A stretch of 64,000 bases of DNA from an uncultured virus (IMG/VR IMGVR_UViG_3300037863_000082) (lineage: Duplodnaviria > Heunggongvirae > Uroviricota > Caudoviricetes): the IMG/VR virus record IMGVR_UViG_3300037863_000082; one strand, written 5' to 3'. The notes under the pieces are model-generated. The model was not told the DNA's origin. It made no database searches and saw only the letters and a program-made list of their open reading frames with translations. Positions 11,047-21,210 of the stretch are shown here, in pieces. Position numbers and translations under genes: made by a program. Each line of letters opens with the position of its first letter. The first letter of the stretch is position 1.

Positions 11047-11818
11047 TCAGTGGCTCCAAGGAATTAATTTTTACTACGCCATCACCGGCCTCGGCACAAA
11101 CACTAGATAGCGGACAAGTTTTACAAATTTTAGAGTTGGACCTATAGTTCTTTTTTGGAAGCTCTTTATTTTCCCAAGAACCTCTAACCGTTCTCATCCA
11201 TTCAAATGCTTGGTCGATCCACTTTACGTAGTATTCGTTTACCTCTACAGGAATGGCAAGAAGCTCATGGTTATTCTTGTTTTCATAAATCAAGATGCCC
11301 CTTGCCTTTTTTAAAATCTTCATGTAGATTAAAAGCTGGATTAGGTGTCCCGCTTTTGGTTTCCTTGTTTTCTTCCTGTACTCAAATCCCTCGGACATTG
11401 CTGTCTTAATTTCACCAAGTAACTCTTCCCCATTCCAATCTAGGAGAACATCCCCGTATCCAAAGATCGGCGGATCGTTATTGATAATCTTGAATTCTGA
11501 ATCTACTAAAATACCAGCATCTTCCATAGCCTGTTGAATTCTTTCGTGAGACTTTGTGCCGTTGGTCATGTTCGCTCCAGCAAATGGGTCGGCATAATCC
11601 TCAAAGGTCCCGCCCTCAAAAGCTAGGTACCAGTATCTAGCACACTCTCCATGACTAAAAGCTATAGTCGATGGGGCGAATGTCTTCTTTTGCTGGTGCC
11701 TTGGTCCACGCTTTGCGATGTAGCCGGACTGGATCTTTTCAATTAAGGCGTCCATTTCTGGGTTGCTTTTTGGTTTTTCTGGAGGACTCGCGTCCATTAG
11801 TTCTTTTAATAGATTCAT
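11033..11818 (-). CDS. Cas4-like PD-(D/E)XK exonuclease
   Basis: PS..C.R, GYGD...EIKT, QLLIY, C-terminal CKTCPLSSVC (split four-Cys Fe-S cluster). Confidence 0.85.
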   Translation of the reverse strand: MNLLKELMDASPPEKPKSNPEMDALIEKIQSGYIAKRGPRHQQKKTFAPSTIAFSHGECARYWYLAFEGGTFEDYADPFAGANMTNGTKSHERIQQAMEDAGILVDSEFKIINNDPPIFGYGDVLLDWNGEELLGEIKTAMSEGFEYRKKTRKPKAGHLIQLLIYMKILKKARGILIYENKNNHELLAIPVEVNEYYVKWIDQAFEWMRTVRGSWENKELPKKNYRSNSKICKTCPLSSVCAEAGDGVVKINSLEPLSEVV

Positions 11819-11825
11819 AATAAAA

Positions 11826-12131
11826 TTAGCGCATAATATATTTTAGTGCCGCAACCAAATCATTGATAGCTGATGCTGCTGTAAAATATATGTTTTTCTT
11901 AGCCCTGTCTCCTTTATCTACGTTTGCCATCCATGTTGCTCTAAAAGACATCTTAGCAGCAATTGCTTGCAACCTAACAATCTCTATCGTAGCAACATTG
12001 ATTGGGATATCTGGCTTTAGAATTAGCTTTGCTATTGTTGTCAAGGCCTGTGTCAGGTCCTCGTCCTCCACGTAGTCTGCTATTTCCGAAAGACCGTTTA
12101 TCATATCGATAGTTGTTTTGCTTTCTTCCAT
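11826..12131 (-). CDS. Hypothetical protein
   Basis: Tightly packed 101-aa helical ORF. Confidence 0.75.
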   Translation of the reverse strand: MEESKTTIDMINGLSEIADYVEDEDLTQALTTIAKLILKPDIPINVATIEIVRLQAIAAKMSFRATWMANVDKGDRAKKNIYFTAASAINDLVAALKYIMR

Positions 12132-12134
12132 CTA

Positions 12135-12743
12135 TTATAGCACCCTCTCTGGATCAGATATTTCGCGTCTTTCTTTAACGCTAACACTGCTAGCCCCTGG
12201 TAGCCAAGGCAACAGGACTTGATAAAGTTCTTCCAAAAGAACAACGTCTTGGATTTGATACTTCTTCATCTCACGCCAAGCCTTGTTATCTCCAGCCATA
12301 CAATTAATCCACAGCTCAAAGCCTGAATGTTTAAACTTAGAGCCAACCCCCAAAGCCTGGGCTACATAGTCAAGCTTGTTGGACGGGAACTTAAAGTTTG
12401 CCTTTACGACACTCATAAGATCAAGATCTTTTACTATCGATGGTGGTGTCATACCATTCTCAAGAAATTCTCTCTTGATATGCTTGTGGTCAAATGCTGC
12501 CGAGTTCCATCCAATAAGAACATCTGCCTCTTCCATCATAGAGTGCAGTTCTTTTAGCATAGCTTCTTTTCCATCGTGGTGTACTGACTTAAAGGTGACT
12601 TGCTTTTTGCCCTGCCACTTTGCGCCGAAGCACATCATTTCAGTAGGCTTGATGATTTGATTGATGCCAATGTTTTGATCCCAAAGGCCCCAAGTATAAA
12701 CTTGCATTGGTGTTGTTTCAATATCTAGCATTAAAATTTTCAT
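12135..12743 (-). CDS. DEDD/RNase H-like 3'-5' exonuclease
   Basis: ILMLDIET, GWNSAAFD, NKLDYVAQ, YQIQDV. Confidence 0.88.
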   Translation of the reverse strand: MKILMLDIETTPMQVYTWGLWDQNIGINQIIKPTEMMCFGAKWQGKKQVTFKSVHHDGKEAMLKELHSMMEEADVLIGWNSAAFDHKHIKREFLENGMTPPSIVKDLDLMSVVKANFKFPSNKLDYVAQALGVGSKFKHSGFELWINCMAGDNKAWREMKKYQIQDVVLLEELYQVLLPWLPGASSVSVKERREISDPERVL

Positions 12744-13030
12744 TACTTGTCTCTCTCTTCTAGTAACTGCTCTAGCAGTGACAATTCAATCACAGCCAGT
12801 CTTGTTTTTGTTGTTTCTCCCAGAACTACCACTATAGCAGGATCTGCGTTAGAGCGCAAGGCATCGGTTGTAGCTTTTGCCCATACGTCTTTGTTTAAAG
12901 TAAACGACTTGCTAACTTCCTTGAAGTCAACAACAAAGTTTTGCCAAGTGGCGTCACCTTTTTTAGTATTACGACCGGAGTTCTTGTGTTGCCTAGCGCC
13001 TATGCGCTTACTTTCCGATCGCTCGCTCAT
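12743..13030 (-). CDS. Small PD-(D/E)XK nuclease (Hjc-like resolvase)
   Basis: SE...NSG...KGDA...VDFK pattern. Confidence 0.65.
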   Translation of the reverse strand: MSERSESKRIGARQHKNSGRNTKKGDATWQNFVVDFKEVSKSFTLNKDVWAKATTDALRSNADPAIVVVLGETTKTRLAVIELSLLEQLLEERDK

Positions 13031-13193
13031 ACTGAGACCTTTTCTTTCTGGTCTCCAAAGAAACTTGACTAAGATGTTTCTCTCCGCACATCCAAGTAAT
13101 TCTTTTTTGTTCTGGATAATGTCTCAGACTCTGTACTTTTTGTTTACAAACGTGACATGAAAAAATTCCGTTGTATACACTATATCTAGCCAT
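13008..13193 (-). CDS. Small Zn-ribbon protein
   Basis: MARYSVYNGIFSCHVC...WMCGEKH; ATG overlaps the end of recA. Confidence 0.65.
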   Translation of the reverse strand: MARYSVYNGIFSCHVCKQKVQSLRHYPEQKRITWMCGEKHLSQVSLETRKKRSQYERAIGK

Positions 13194-14196
13194 TAAGTTG
13201 TTCCTCCAAGCTATTTTGCAGATCAAGGTCATCCCTAACCTTTTCAACGAAAGCATCCCTGCCCTGTACCTTAGAGCCATCTTCTAACTGGTACCAAGCT
13301 CCGGTCCTAGTTACAAGCCCATTCATTTCTGCTGTGTCGACCAAATCGCCAATCGAGTCCACCCCAACACTAGAACCCCTAAAGTAAAAGTCATACTCTC
13401 CAGACTGAAATGCCGGAGATGTTTTTGAAAACTGAAGCTCCCACCTCACCTTTCTACCAATTTTTTCTTCAATAAGCTTGTCTCTAACAGGAATCTTGCC
13501 CTTAATTGCTTGATTGTCTGACTCTGAAGAGAACAGCTTAATGATGTTTGAAGAATAGAACCTGGTTGAAGTTCCGCCAGTTGGAATCTGGCTGGTATAC
13601 ATTGCATTAATATTATTCCTTGACTGAGAAATTGCAATAAATAACGTTGGCTTTATTTTATTATTTGCGTAATTAATCATCTTCCAGGCGTGACTGAAGT
13701 CTCTAGCTTCTGCACCAATCTGCTTGGTGTTTTCTAGCTGCTTAAGCTCGTTTGAATCTTTTTCAAAGTATATGGCTGGTAGCAAAGAACTAATGCTATC
13801 GACCACAATAATGTCAACGCCAGCAGCCATGAGCTGAGTGCTAATGTCTACCATTTCATTGATTGTTCTTGCTTGAGACAAGATAATCTTTGAATTGTCT
13901 ACACCAAGTTTTTCTGCCCAACTTCTGTCATAAGACATTTCTGCATCAATCCAGGCGCAGAGCTTGCCCTCTTTTTGAGCCAACGCTACTGTTTGTAAGC
14001 AAAGAGAAGACTTTGCGCTGGACTTACTCCCCCAAATTAAAACCTGTCTGCCATACGGCAGGCCACCGTTAAGCGCTCTGTTTAAGCCAAAACTTGGTGT
14101 TGCTTGGTATTCTGTTTCTGGAACGTCATCACCAACAAAAAGACTTTTTCTAATTTTTGGATCTAGCTGGGCCATAGCCTCTTCTATTGTAGTCAT
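13186..14196 (-). CDS. recA: RecA/UvsX-like recombinase
   Basis: TPSFGLNRALNGGLPYGR, WIDAE, IIVVDSI, ISQSR, GAWY. Confidence 0.92.
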   Translation of the reverse strand: MTTIEEAMAQLDPKIRKSLFVGDDVPETEYQATPSFGLNRALNGGLPYGRQVLIWGSKSSAKSSLCLQTVALAQKEGKLCAWIDAEMSYDRSWAEKLGVDNSKIILSQARTINEMVDISTQLMAAGVDIIVVDSISSLLPAIYFEKDSNELKQLENTKQIGAEARDFSHAWKMINYANNKIKPTLFIAISQSRNNINAMYTSQIPTGGTSTRFYSSNIIKLFSSESDNQAIKGKIPVRDKLIEEKIGRKVRWELQFSKTSPAFQSGEYDFYFRGSSVGVDSIGDLVDTAEMNGLVTRTGAWYQLEDGSKVQGRDAFVEKVRDDLDLQNSLEEQLNG

Positions 14197-14198
14197 AT

Positions 14199-14522
14199 TT
14201 AAAATTTTACCCCGTGCCTTTCTGGTCTGGTCTTGTTGAATTTAGATTTTTCTTCGAGTGCTTTATCTAAGGAGATATCTACATACCCACTCTCCTCTAA
14301 TCCCGCGTATAAGTCAAGCGTGCGAATTACGATATCTGCCATTTCTTTAGCCACCGCTTCTTTTCCTTGATCTTTTCTAATTGCTTCCATCACCTCAACG
14401 GTCTCGGAAACAATCATCATTAGTTGCTTTGTAATAAAAATGTCATCAACATTTTCTGGCCAAAAGCCTTTTTCCTTAGCAACCTGGTGAAGGCGTTCAC
14501 CCATCTCACCCAAGTATGTCAT
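14199..14522 (-). CDS. MazG-like NTP pyrophosphohydrolase
   Basis: SETVEVMEAIRK...EMADIVIRTLD...K..FNKTRP. Confidence 0.85.
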   Translation of the reverse strand: MTYLGEMGERLHQVAKEKGFWPENVDDIFITKQLMMIVSETVEVMEAIRKDQGKEAVAKEMADIVIRTLDLYAGLEESGYVDISLDKALEEKSKFNKTRPERHGVKF

Positions 14523-17500
14523 TTAGTATCACTGTCCCATCTTTTGTTTTCCCAAAAGAAAAAGTGTAAGCACTTCCCTCTTGAATCTTCATGTATGCCT
14601 TAGCAAATTGTGTTGGAAACACCATAACAGAGTGTAGGTCTCTACTAGAATCAGCCACGGTTAGCGTTGCCATCTTCTTCCCAGCTTTTGTTATTCTAGG
14701 CTTAAACGAAACAACAAACATTTCATCATCCTTGTACGGCAACATTTTATAATTTAAGAATTTGATCAAAGCGTTATTCGAATTCTTAAAATCTTCTGCA
14801 GGTATAGCTGAAACAATTCTGTTATCACTAGTAAGCAATATATATGTTTTCCCTGTCTCGATTGCTGTCTGCTCTTCATCGAATATACCAACAGAACCAG
14901 TTTTGTCCAGGACCTCAACACGCGACCAGCCCTTGCCTCTTTTAATAGCCTTTACCATTCCCATCAACAAGAATGCACCGCGTTCTTCAAACTCATCAAC
15001 TGTATTCATAAATGCATGGTAGTGTGAAGGCACTGTCACCGAAAACTCTGGCAGATTAAGGTATTCATACAGGCTCTCCCGAATCTTTTCATCATCTCTG
15101 GGATTGTCTTCAAATGTTGCTGCCCCGGTCATCCTGAGTGCCGTGAGGGCTCTACTATTAACCCCACTACCTTTTTCATTGGCAAACTTTTCTAGCTCTG
15201 CATAAGAAGTAAATGGCCTTGAAGCAATGAATTTTTGAGCAATATTATCTGAAATGTACTTGATTGAAGAAAGTCCAAACCTAATGCCTTTGCCCTCAAT
15301 CTTAAAGTCTGTTCCAGAATCGTTGACGTGCGGCAGCCTAATTGGAATACCAATTCTCTTTGCCTCAATAAGATACTCTGTTCGAGCATCCTTGTCTTTT
15401 TCATTCTTAAGAATTGCAAACATAAACTCAAGAGGATATTTATGCTTGAGCCAGGCGGTCCAATAAGATAGGGTCGAATATGCAACAGCGTGGGACTTGT
15501 TGAACGAGTAGCCGGCGTGGGCCTCAAAGTCGTGCCATAAATCTTTTGCCGCATTTGGAGTTATATACCTAGACGCACCGGATACAAACTTGTCTTGGAA
15601 CTGATCAAACTCTTTAGCGTCCTTCTTCTTACCAATAATCTTACGAACCTTGTCGGCCTCTGCCATAGACATTCCACCAAGATTAACACAAGCCTGCATA
15701 ACTTGTTCCTGGTATAAGATACAGCCATAAGTCTCTAGCGTAAACGCTTTCATTTCGTCATGGATAAACGTTATGCCTTGACGTCCCTGCTTTCTGTCAA
15801 TGTAGTCTTTTCCAATCGTGTTCATAGCGCCTGGTCTAACTAGTGCATTAGAGGCAGCAAGCTCAGAAAAATTCTTTACACCCATTTTAACCAAAAGATT
15901 TGTGTAGGGAGCCGCTTCACATTGGAAGACACCCTTGGTGTGACCAGCGGACAACATTTCATAGATTGCCCCCTCTTCCATATCTATAGAAAGCAATTCA
16001 ATATCTTTTTTGTGACGCTTTTTAATAATTTTAATAGCATCGTCAATAACACTAAGGGTCTTTAGGCCAAGTGCGTCAATCTTGATTAGACCGATTCTTT
16101 CTGCCTCCCCCATGTCAACAGCCACCACGGGGATTCTTTCCTTAGAGCCTGGAGAGGTCCTAGTTTCCATTGGCGCGTGTCTAAATATAGGAGACTTGCT
16201 GGTTACAACACCAGCGGCATGGATCCCTGTACCACGAATTCTTCCACGTAGCTGGTCTCCGTACTTCTCTATTTCTGGATACTTTTCACGAAACCACGCT
16301 GCTTGCCTTGAGGTGCAGTAGTCGTCCCACGTGTCTACTAGCTTTAAAACCTTATTAACATCTGTAAGCGGAATGTGCAAGACACGAGCAATATCTCGAA
16401 CGACGCCCTTATCCTTAAACTGCAAGAACGTTGCAATAGAGGCTACGTGTCTATACTGTCTAACAAGATAATCTTTTACATCTTCTCTTCGAGAATCTTG
16501 AATGTCTGTATCAATGTCTGGAAAGTCATTGCGTTCTGGGTTAATGAATCGGAAGAACAACAAGTCGTGCTTTATTGGGTCAATGTCTGTGATACCAAGG
16601 GCATAGCACAGAAGAGACCCTGCAGATGAGCCACGACCTGGCCCAACAAGAATCCCATTCTTCTTTGCCCAGTTAATCATATTACGTACAACCAAAAAAT
16701 ATGGACCAAAGTTTTTATCTTCGATAATCCCCATCTCTTCCTCAAGGCGTTCCATATAGCCTTCTTTTTTGTATACGCCACGCTCCTTTAGGCCTTCTAC
16801 TGCCAGGGTTGCCAGTTCTTGCATTGGGTTTTGATACTGCACCGGTAACAAATCAAGATGATCCTGAATGTTGTATTCCTCTACCTTTTCTGCAATTTCA
16901 ATTGAATTTGAGTAGATGTCTTCTCTGTCAATACCCTGTGCCGTCATGGCTGAGCGCATCTCTTCATCAGAAAGAAGGTGGATATCAAAATTATCAAAAC
17001 TAATATCACGATCACCATAAAGATAATGTAGTCTGTCCTTTAGGTTATCGTACTTTGTAGATTTTTCATAAGTTGAGTCTTTTTGAATCTTATTGCTATA
17101 AGTATTTAGAACTAGCTTTAATTCTTGTATTTCTTTTTGCCCCCTGTGAGCATGGTGACAATCTGGAGTAACAACTGGTTTAACTCCAAACTCATCTGCC
17201 AACCTGAGTAGCTCATGATTAATTTCTGCTGGGTTATGTGGCATTACTTCAATATAATAGTCATCGCCAAATACCTTTTTGTGCCACTGAATTTGTTGCT
17301 TAGCAGCCCCCAATTCGCCAGCCTCGATAGCTTTGGCAACAGTGCCACTTAAGCAACCAGAGGTTACAATTATTCCCTCTTTGTACTTTTCAAGCACTTC
17401 ATAATCAATTCTTGGCTTCTTGTAAAAGCCTTCGGTCCAGCCAATTTCGTTAAGCCTGTTAAGGTTTTCTAGCCCCTTCTGGCTCTTGGCTAGGAGGACT

Positions 17501-17778
17501 ATATGATTATAGACAAGGTCCAGCGGACCCTCTCTGCTATCTCTGTCCCTCTGATCAAAACGATCTTCGGTAATATAGCCCTCCACACCAAGAATTGGTT
17601 TGATGCCCTTTTCTTTTGCAGCACGATACATTTCTCTGTGACCTGACAAAGATCCATGATCGGTAATAGCCAAAGCATTCATGCCCAGCTCTGCAGCACG
17701 ATCTACATACTCTTGTGGGGTAGCGATACCATCAAAAAGTGAGTAGTGCGTGTGAACATGCAAACCAACATATACCAT
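14506..17778 (-). CDS. dnaE: DNA polymerase III alpha subunit
   Basis: PHP HVHTHYS, GPGRGSSAGS, PDIDTD, HAAGVV, KIDALGL, GYSFNKSHAVAY. Confidence 0.97.
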   Translation of the reverse strand: MVYVGLHVHTHYSLFDGIATPQEYVDRAAELGMNALAITDHGSLSGHREMYRAAKEKGIKPILGVEGYITEDRFDQRDRDSREGPLDLVYNHIVLLAKSQKGLENLNRLNEIGWTEGFYKKPRIDYEVLEKYKEGIIVTSGCLSGTVAKAIEAGELGAAKQQIQWHKKVFGDDYYIEVMPHNPAEINHELLRLADEFGVKPVVTPDCHHAHRGQKEIQELKLVLNTYSNKIQKDSTYEKSTKYDNLKDRLHYLYGDRDISFDNFDIHLLSDEEMRSAMTAQGIDREDIYSNSIEIAEKVEEYNIQDHLDLLPVQYQNPMQELATLAVEGLKERGVYKKEGYMERLEEEMGIIEDKNFGPYFLVVRNMINWAKKNGILVGPGRGSSAGSLLCYALGITDIDPIKHDLLFFRFINPERNDFPDIDTDIQDSRREDVKDYLVRQYRHVASIATFLQFKDKGVVRDIARVLHIPLTDVNKVLKLVDTWDDYCTSRQAAWFREKYPEIEKYGDQLRGRIRGTGIHAAGVVTSKSPIFRHAPMETRTSPGSKERIPVVAVDMGEAERIGLIKIDALGLKTLSVIDDAIKIIKKRHKKDIELLSIDMEEGAIYEMLSAGHTKGVFQCEAAPYTNLLVKMGVKNFSELAASNALVRPGAMNTIGKDYIDRKQGRQGITFIHDEMKAFTLETYGCILYQEQVMQACVNLGGMSMAEADKVRKIIGKKKDAKEFDQFQDKFVSGASRYITPNAAKDLWHDFEAHAGYSFNKSHAVAYSTLSYWTAWLKHKYPLEFMFAILKNEKDKDARTEYLIEAKRIGIPIRLPHVNDSGTDFKIEGKGIRFGLSSIKYISDNIAQKFIASRPFTSYAELEKFANEKGSGVNSRALTALRMTGAATFEDNPRDDEKIRESLYEYLNLPEFSVTVPSHYHAFMNTVDEFEERGAFLLMGMVKAIKRGKGWSRVEVLDKTGSVGIFDEEQTAIETGKTYILLTSDNRIVSAIPAEDFKNSNNALIKFLNYKMLPYKDDEMFVVSFKPRITKAGKKMATLTVADSSRDLHSVMVFPTQFAKAYMKIQEGSAYTFSFGKTKDGTVILNDILG

Positions 17779-17791
17779 TTTTTTTTGTTCC

Positions 17792-18451
17792 TTACCAGTC
17801 TACGTTTGTAGAAGAAGTAAGGGACGGGGTATCGAAGCCAAGGTAATAGGCTTCTTGCTCTGCGTACGGAACATGGTTAAGAGCAAGATCGAGATCAAAT
17901 GGCTCGACGTTTGCCCATCCAAAAGGCTCTGCGTCTGGAACAGAGGGGATAAGCGTATAGCTTGTCTCGGTACCCTGACCATTTCGCTTGAGCTTCCAGC
18001 TTAGATTAGAAATGCTGCCGAGCTCCAAAGCGTATTCACGAATGGTGTTAAACGACGACATCTTACTAACACCCATAGACCAGATGGCCACGTAGGGCTC
18101 TTCTACGCCATCATCAACGAAAACGTTGCAATAGAATCGAAGTCGTCCACGCCACCCTGCCTTGGGGTCTTTCCTGTGCATCTCTTCTGCCCAGTCTCGG
18201 CCTTCATCCTCCATGGTATCAACAGCCTTACGACGGTAGTCCTTTGGATTGGTGTGCTCTTTGACAACCAGAGAGAGGCCTCGGCCTTCATTGTAATTTG
18301 GGGAATCTTCGTCAAGCTCTTCAATAAAGCGAAGCTTGACCGACTGCCCATCTGCCAGCTTAAGCCAGCGAACACGTGGCCTGTCTGAATTTTCATACTT
18401 TGGCTTATCAATCAATGCGTTGATATTTGCTAGCCCTTTTACTACACTCAT
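17792..18451 (-). CDS. Single-stranded DNA-binding protein (gp32-like)
   Basis: WLKLADGQSVKLRF, KLKRNGQGTETSY, acidic C-terminus ending in W; lies between primase and polymerase. Confidence 0.7.
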   Translation of the reverse strand: MSVVKGLANINALIDKPKYENSDRPRVRWLKLADGQSVKLRFIEELDEDSPNYNEGRGLSLVVKEHTNPKDYRRKAVDTMEDEGRDWAEEMHRKDPKAGWRGRLRFYCNVFVDDGVEEPYVAIWSMGVSKMSSFNTIREYALELGSISNLSWKLKRNGQGTETSYTLIPSVPDAEPFGWANVEPFDLDLALNHVPYAEQEAYYLGFDTPSLTSSTNVDW

Positions 18452-18486
18452 TGTTTCTCCTATACTTTGTTTATATTTTTTTTATA

Positions 18487-19431
18487 TTATTTTAACATTG
18501 AAGCTATAGAGTCTGAAAGATCCATATCCAAATTGCGGATATCTACATCATCCATATCTCCAATATCTTTATATTTGTTTTCAAGATTTAGCGAAACAAC
18601 CTTTGATCCAAGCTTATCTTTAATTCTTGTAACCATGTTGTTTCCAGCCTCATCATTGTCTGCAATGATAATTATATCATTGAAGTATTTTTTTAGCAAA
18701 TTGATTTGAAAATTAGATACATTAGATCCCAAAGTGGCTACCGCTGGCATTCCACACTGGTCTAGCCTAATAGCGTCAAAAGAAGACTCTACGACATAAA
18801 CCTTCCTTGCTGACTTTATTCTATGTAAGTTAAACAGTGTTTTACCCTTTGGCAAACCTGGGGTATTCTTAAACTCTTTTCCCTCTACGGATCTTGCGAC
18901 AAAGCCCAAGAGCATCCCGTCTGGCGCATGAACAGGGACAGTCACCATATCTTGGCCATTAGAGTAGCCTAGAGAAAACTTTTTAATAGAGTCTTCTGTT
19001 ATCTTCCTTCCAAGAAAGTAGCCCCTGCCTCTTGGAGACTCAAGTCCTGCCAGGGCCAACCTCTTGACCAAAAGTTCATCGTACTGAACATAGTCTGGCT
19101 TTTCAACCAATCTCTTTACGATGTCAGACGCCAGGTCGGTCTGTACCTCTTTACTTTTGATGAATCGTATGGCTTCAAAGTATGTTCTTCCGGTTTGATT
19201 CATTACAAGCTCGGCTAGGCTACAGACATGGTGGCAAGAAAAGCAAAAGAACAATCCGCTAACCTGGTGTACTTCTCCGGCTGGTGTCCTATGGTTGCCG
19301 TGAAATGGGCAGAAGATAATAAAGTCTTGATCGAACTCTGCCTCTATTGTTGTGCCGCTTCCTGCGAGTACTCGCTGGACCTGTTCTCTTGTATAGGAAT
19401 GACCCTCGTCTCGTCTATTCCGAATATCCAT
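18487..19431 (-). CDS. DNA primase
   Basis: Zn finger CPFH...CFSC; TOPRIM VVESSFDA and ADNDEAG. Confidence 0.92.
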   Translation of the reverse strand: MDIRNRRDEGHSYTREQVQRVLAGSGTTIEAEFDQDFIIFCPFHGNHRTPAGEVHQVSGLFFCFSCHHVCSLAELVMNQTGRTYFEAIRFIKSKEVQTDLASDIVKRLVEKPDYVQYDELLVKRLALAGLESPRGRGYFLGRKITEDSIKKFSLGYSNGQDMVTVPVHAPDGMLLGFVARSVEGKEFKNTPGLPKGKTLFNLHRIKSARKVYVVESSFDAIRLDQCGMPAVATLGSNVSNFQINLLKKYFNDIIIIADNDEAGNNMVTRIKDKLGSKVVSLNLENKYKDIGDMDDVDIRNLDMDLSDSIASMLK

Positions 19432-19676
19432 TCGCTTTTCCTTTTCCCAACATATATTCCATATAATGATAGTTCAAATTTAAATAATTTTGCTTTTTCT
19501 ACATACTCTATTGTAAAGTCTGGGTTTATGTCTATTCTTGGCACATATCCTTTTATCCTCATCTCAGACAATATTAATCTAGTATACTCTATCCTCAGCC
19601 TCCACAGACCAGAATCGTCATAAATTGATCCGTCCAAGCTAAATTTTTTAATAGGTTTGTGATGATAATTAGACAT
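19344..19676 (-). CDS. Hypothetical protein
   Basis: 110-aa ORF preceded by TATAAT-5 nt-ATG. Confidence 0.75.
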   Translation of the reverse strand: MSNYHHKPIKKFSLDGSIYDDSGLWRLRIEYTRLILSEMRIKGYVPRIDINPDFTIEYVEKAKLFKFELSLYGIYVGKRKSEWIFGIDETRVIPIQENRSSEYSQEAAQQ

Positions 19677-19682
19677 ACTCCA

Positions 19683-20909
19683 TTATAACTGGATTTCTTC
19701 CAAATCTTTATATTTATAGTGTCCTTTATCAAAGTCTACCTGCACCATGAACTCTCCCATAAAGCCATTTCTGTTTTTACGAAAAACACATTCGATCACA
19801 TCGCTATTTGCAGATCGTCCCAGCGCCATTACCCAGTCGGCATCGTAGGCAATCTGGCGCGACCAGGCCGTTTGTCCAAGGGTTGGCACCGTATCTAACT
19901 TATTGACATCATCTGGAGTAGCCGAAGAGATTGCAATGATTGGAATTTCTTCTGAAATTGCCATAAGCTTTAGTTCACGAGAAAGGTTCTTCATTCTAAC
20001 AGTCTCATTTTCTGACTTTTGATTTGGGCTCATTAGCTGCAAATAGTCGACAATAACAAAGTCTGGCTTATATTGGTCAATTTTGCCACGAAGCACAGAT
20101 GGCGTAATGTCTCCCCCGCTATCGTTAGAAACAATAAAAAATTCTGGCTTTCCCTGTAGCTTCTCCTCATGCCACAGTTTCATAGCATCAAGATCGATAT
20201 CTCCGGAGCTTAGTTTTCTGTGTGACCAAATGCCCTCGCCCATAATGGTGTATACACGATTACGAACCTCTGTTTCCGACATCTCTAGACTAATAATCAA
20301 CGGCGTTCTTCCTTGCTTCCATGCCTGTACCGCAAAATAAAGAGAGAGCCACGACTTGCCAATTCCTGGATAAGCAAGAAATACTCCAAGCTGTCCGGGC
20401 ATAATTCCAGATGGTAAGTAGTTGTCAAAGCCCGGAAGGCCAGTCTTAATTCCAATGGAACCAAGAGCTTGTTGCTTTTTTACGTTTTCGTAATATGCAA
20501 TAGCCGAATCAATATCTGTTACATCAACATCTCTAATTACAGAAGTATCTTTTTTTAAAGAAGATGTTTCAGAAATTAGTTTTTCTAAGGCCTTGACCCC
20601 CTGGCCAGCCTGCACTTCGGTGGCTGCTGATCTAAGCATATCCTTAAGGCTCTCATTAAGGTGCTCTGACTGGAGCTCTTGAAGGTGATGCTTTGTTGCT
20701 CCAATGTCCTTTACCGGCTCGAAGTCTCTAAACTTTTCAACAACCAAAGATTTTGGAGGAATAGATCCATTATGCTCTGAGTAGTTCCTAATGAAATCCC
20801 AAACATCTTTGTGTGTCTTTAAAAGCTTGTCAACATTTGCTTGTAGCAAAATGTGAATTTGCTTATCCTCTAGTACTGCAGAAATTACTTTAGACTCTAC
20901 GTCACTCAC
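19683..20909 (-). CDS. DnaB-like replicative helicase
   Basis: AYPGIGKS, ISLEMS, VIVDYLQLM, IAYDAD, KNRNG. Confidence 0.93.
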   Translation of the reverse strand: MSDVESKVISAVLEDKQIHILLQANVDKLLKTHKDVWDFIRNYSEHNGSIPPKSLVVEKFRDFEPVKDIGATKHHLQELQSEHLNESLKDMLRSAATEVQAGQGVKALEKLISETSSLKKDTSVIRDVDVTDIDSAIAYYENVKKQQALGSIGIKTGLPGFDNYLPSGIMPGQLGVFLAYPGIGKSWLSLYFAVQAWKQGRTPLIISLEMSETEVRNRVYTIMGEGIWSHRKLSSGDIDLDAMKLWHEEKLQGKPEFFIVSNDSGGDITPSVLRGKIDQYKPDFVIVDYLQLMSPNQKSENETVRMKNLSRELKLMAISEEIPIIAISSATPDDVNKLDTVPTLGQTAWSRQIAYDADWVMALGRSANSDVIECVFRKNRNGFMGEFMVQVDFDKGHYKYKDLEEIQL

Positions 20910-21210
20910 TTAGCCACTCCTTAGCTAGTCTGCGCCTTTCTAGACGCTCTTTCAAATCTTCTTCTAAAAGATTTTTTGATTTAATAATGCTTTCTGCCTT
21001 ATAGGCAAATGTGTTCCATTCTGGTCTTGAGTTGGCATCAAAATAGAATGCTAAAACATCGTAGCACTTACCGATACCATATGACTCAAGCAGAGCATCC
21101 GCTGCCCATTGTTCAACGTTATAGTTTATTTCTGGCTTCTGCCCATAATGAGCCGTATGCAGCTTGGCATATCTACTTAGCAGAGCCATTCTTTCTCTGC
21201 GCTCCGCCAT
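20902..21210 (-). CDS. Hypothetical protein
   Basis: Translationally coupled to the helicase. Confidence 0.75.
   Translation of the reverse strand: MAERRERMALLSRYAKLHTAHYGQKPEINYNVEQWAADALLESYGIGKCYDVLAFYFDANSRPEWNTFAYKAESIIKSKNLLEEDLKERLERRRLAKEWLSE

Noticed and set aside
11033..11818. CRISPR-Cas system
   Set aside because: Cas4-like gene only; I saw no repeat-spacer array or other cas genes.
8753..14522. 2-aminoadenine (Z) genome pathway
   Set aside because: MazG-like and purine enzymes are present, but no PurZ or DatZ-like gene is in the window.
17778..17786. A9 run between the SD and dnaE start as a phase-variation switch
   Set aside because: A-runs are common in this AT-rich genome and a single sequence gives no evidence of length variation.
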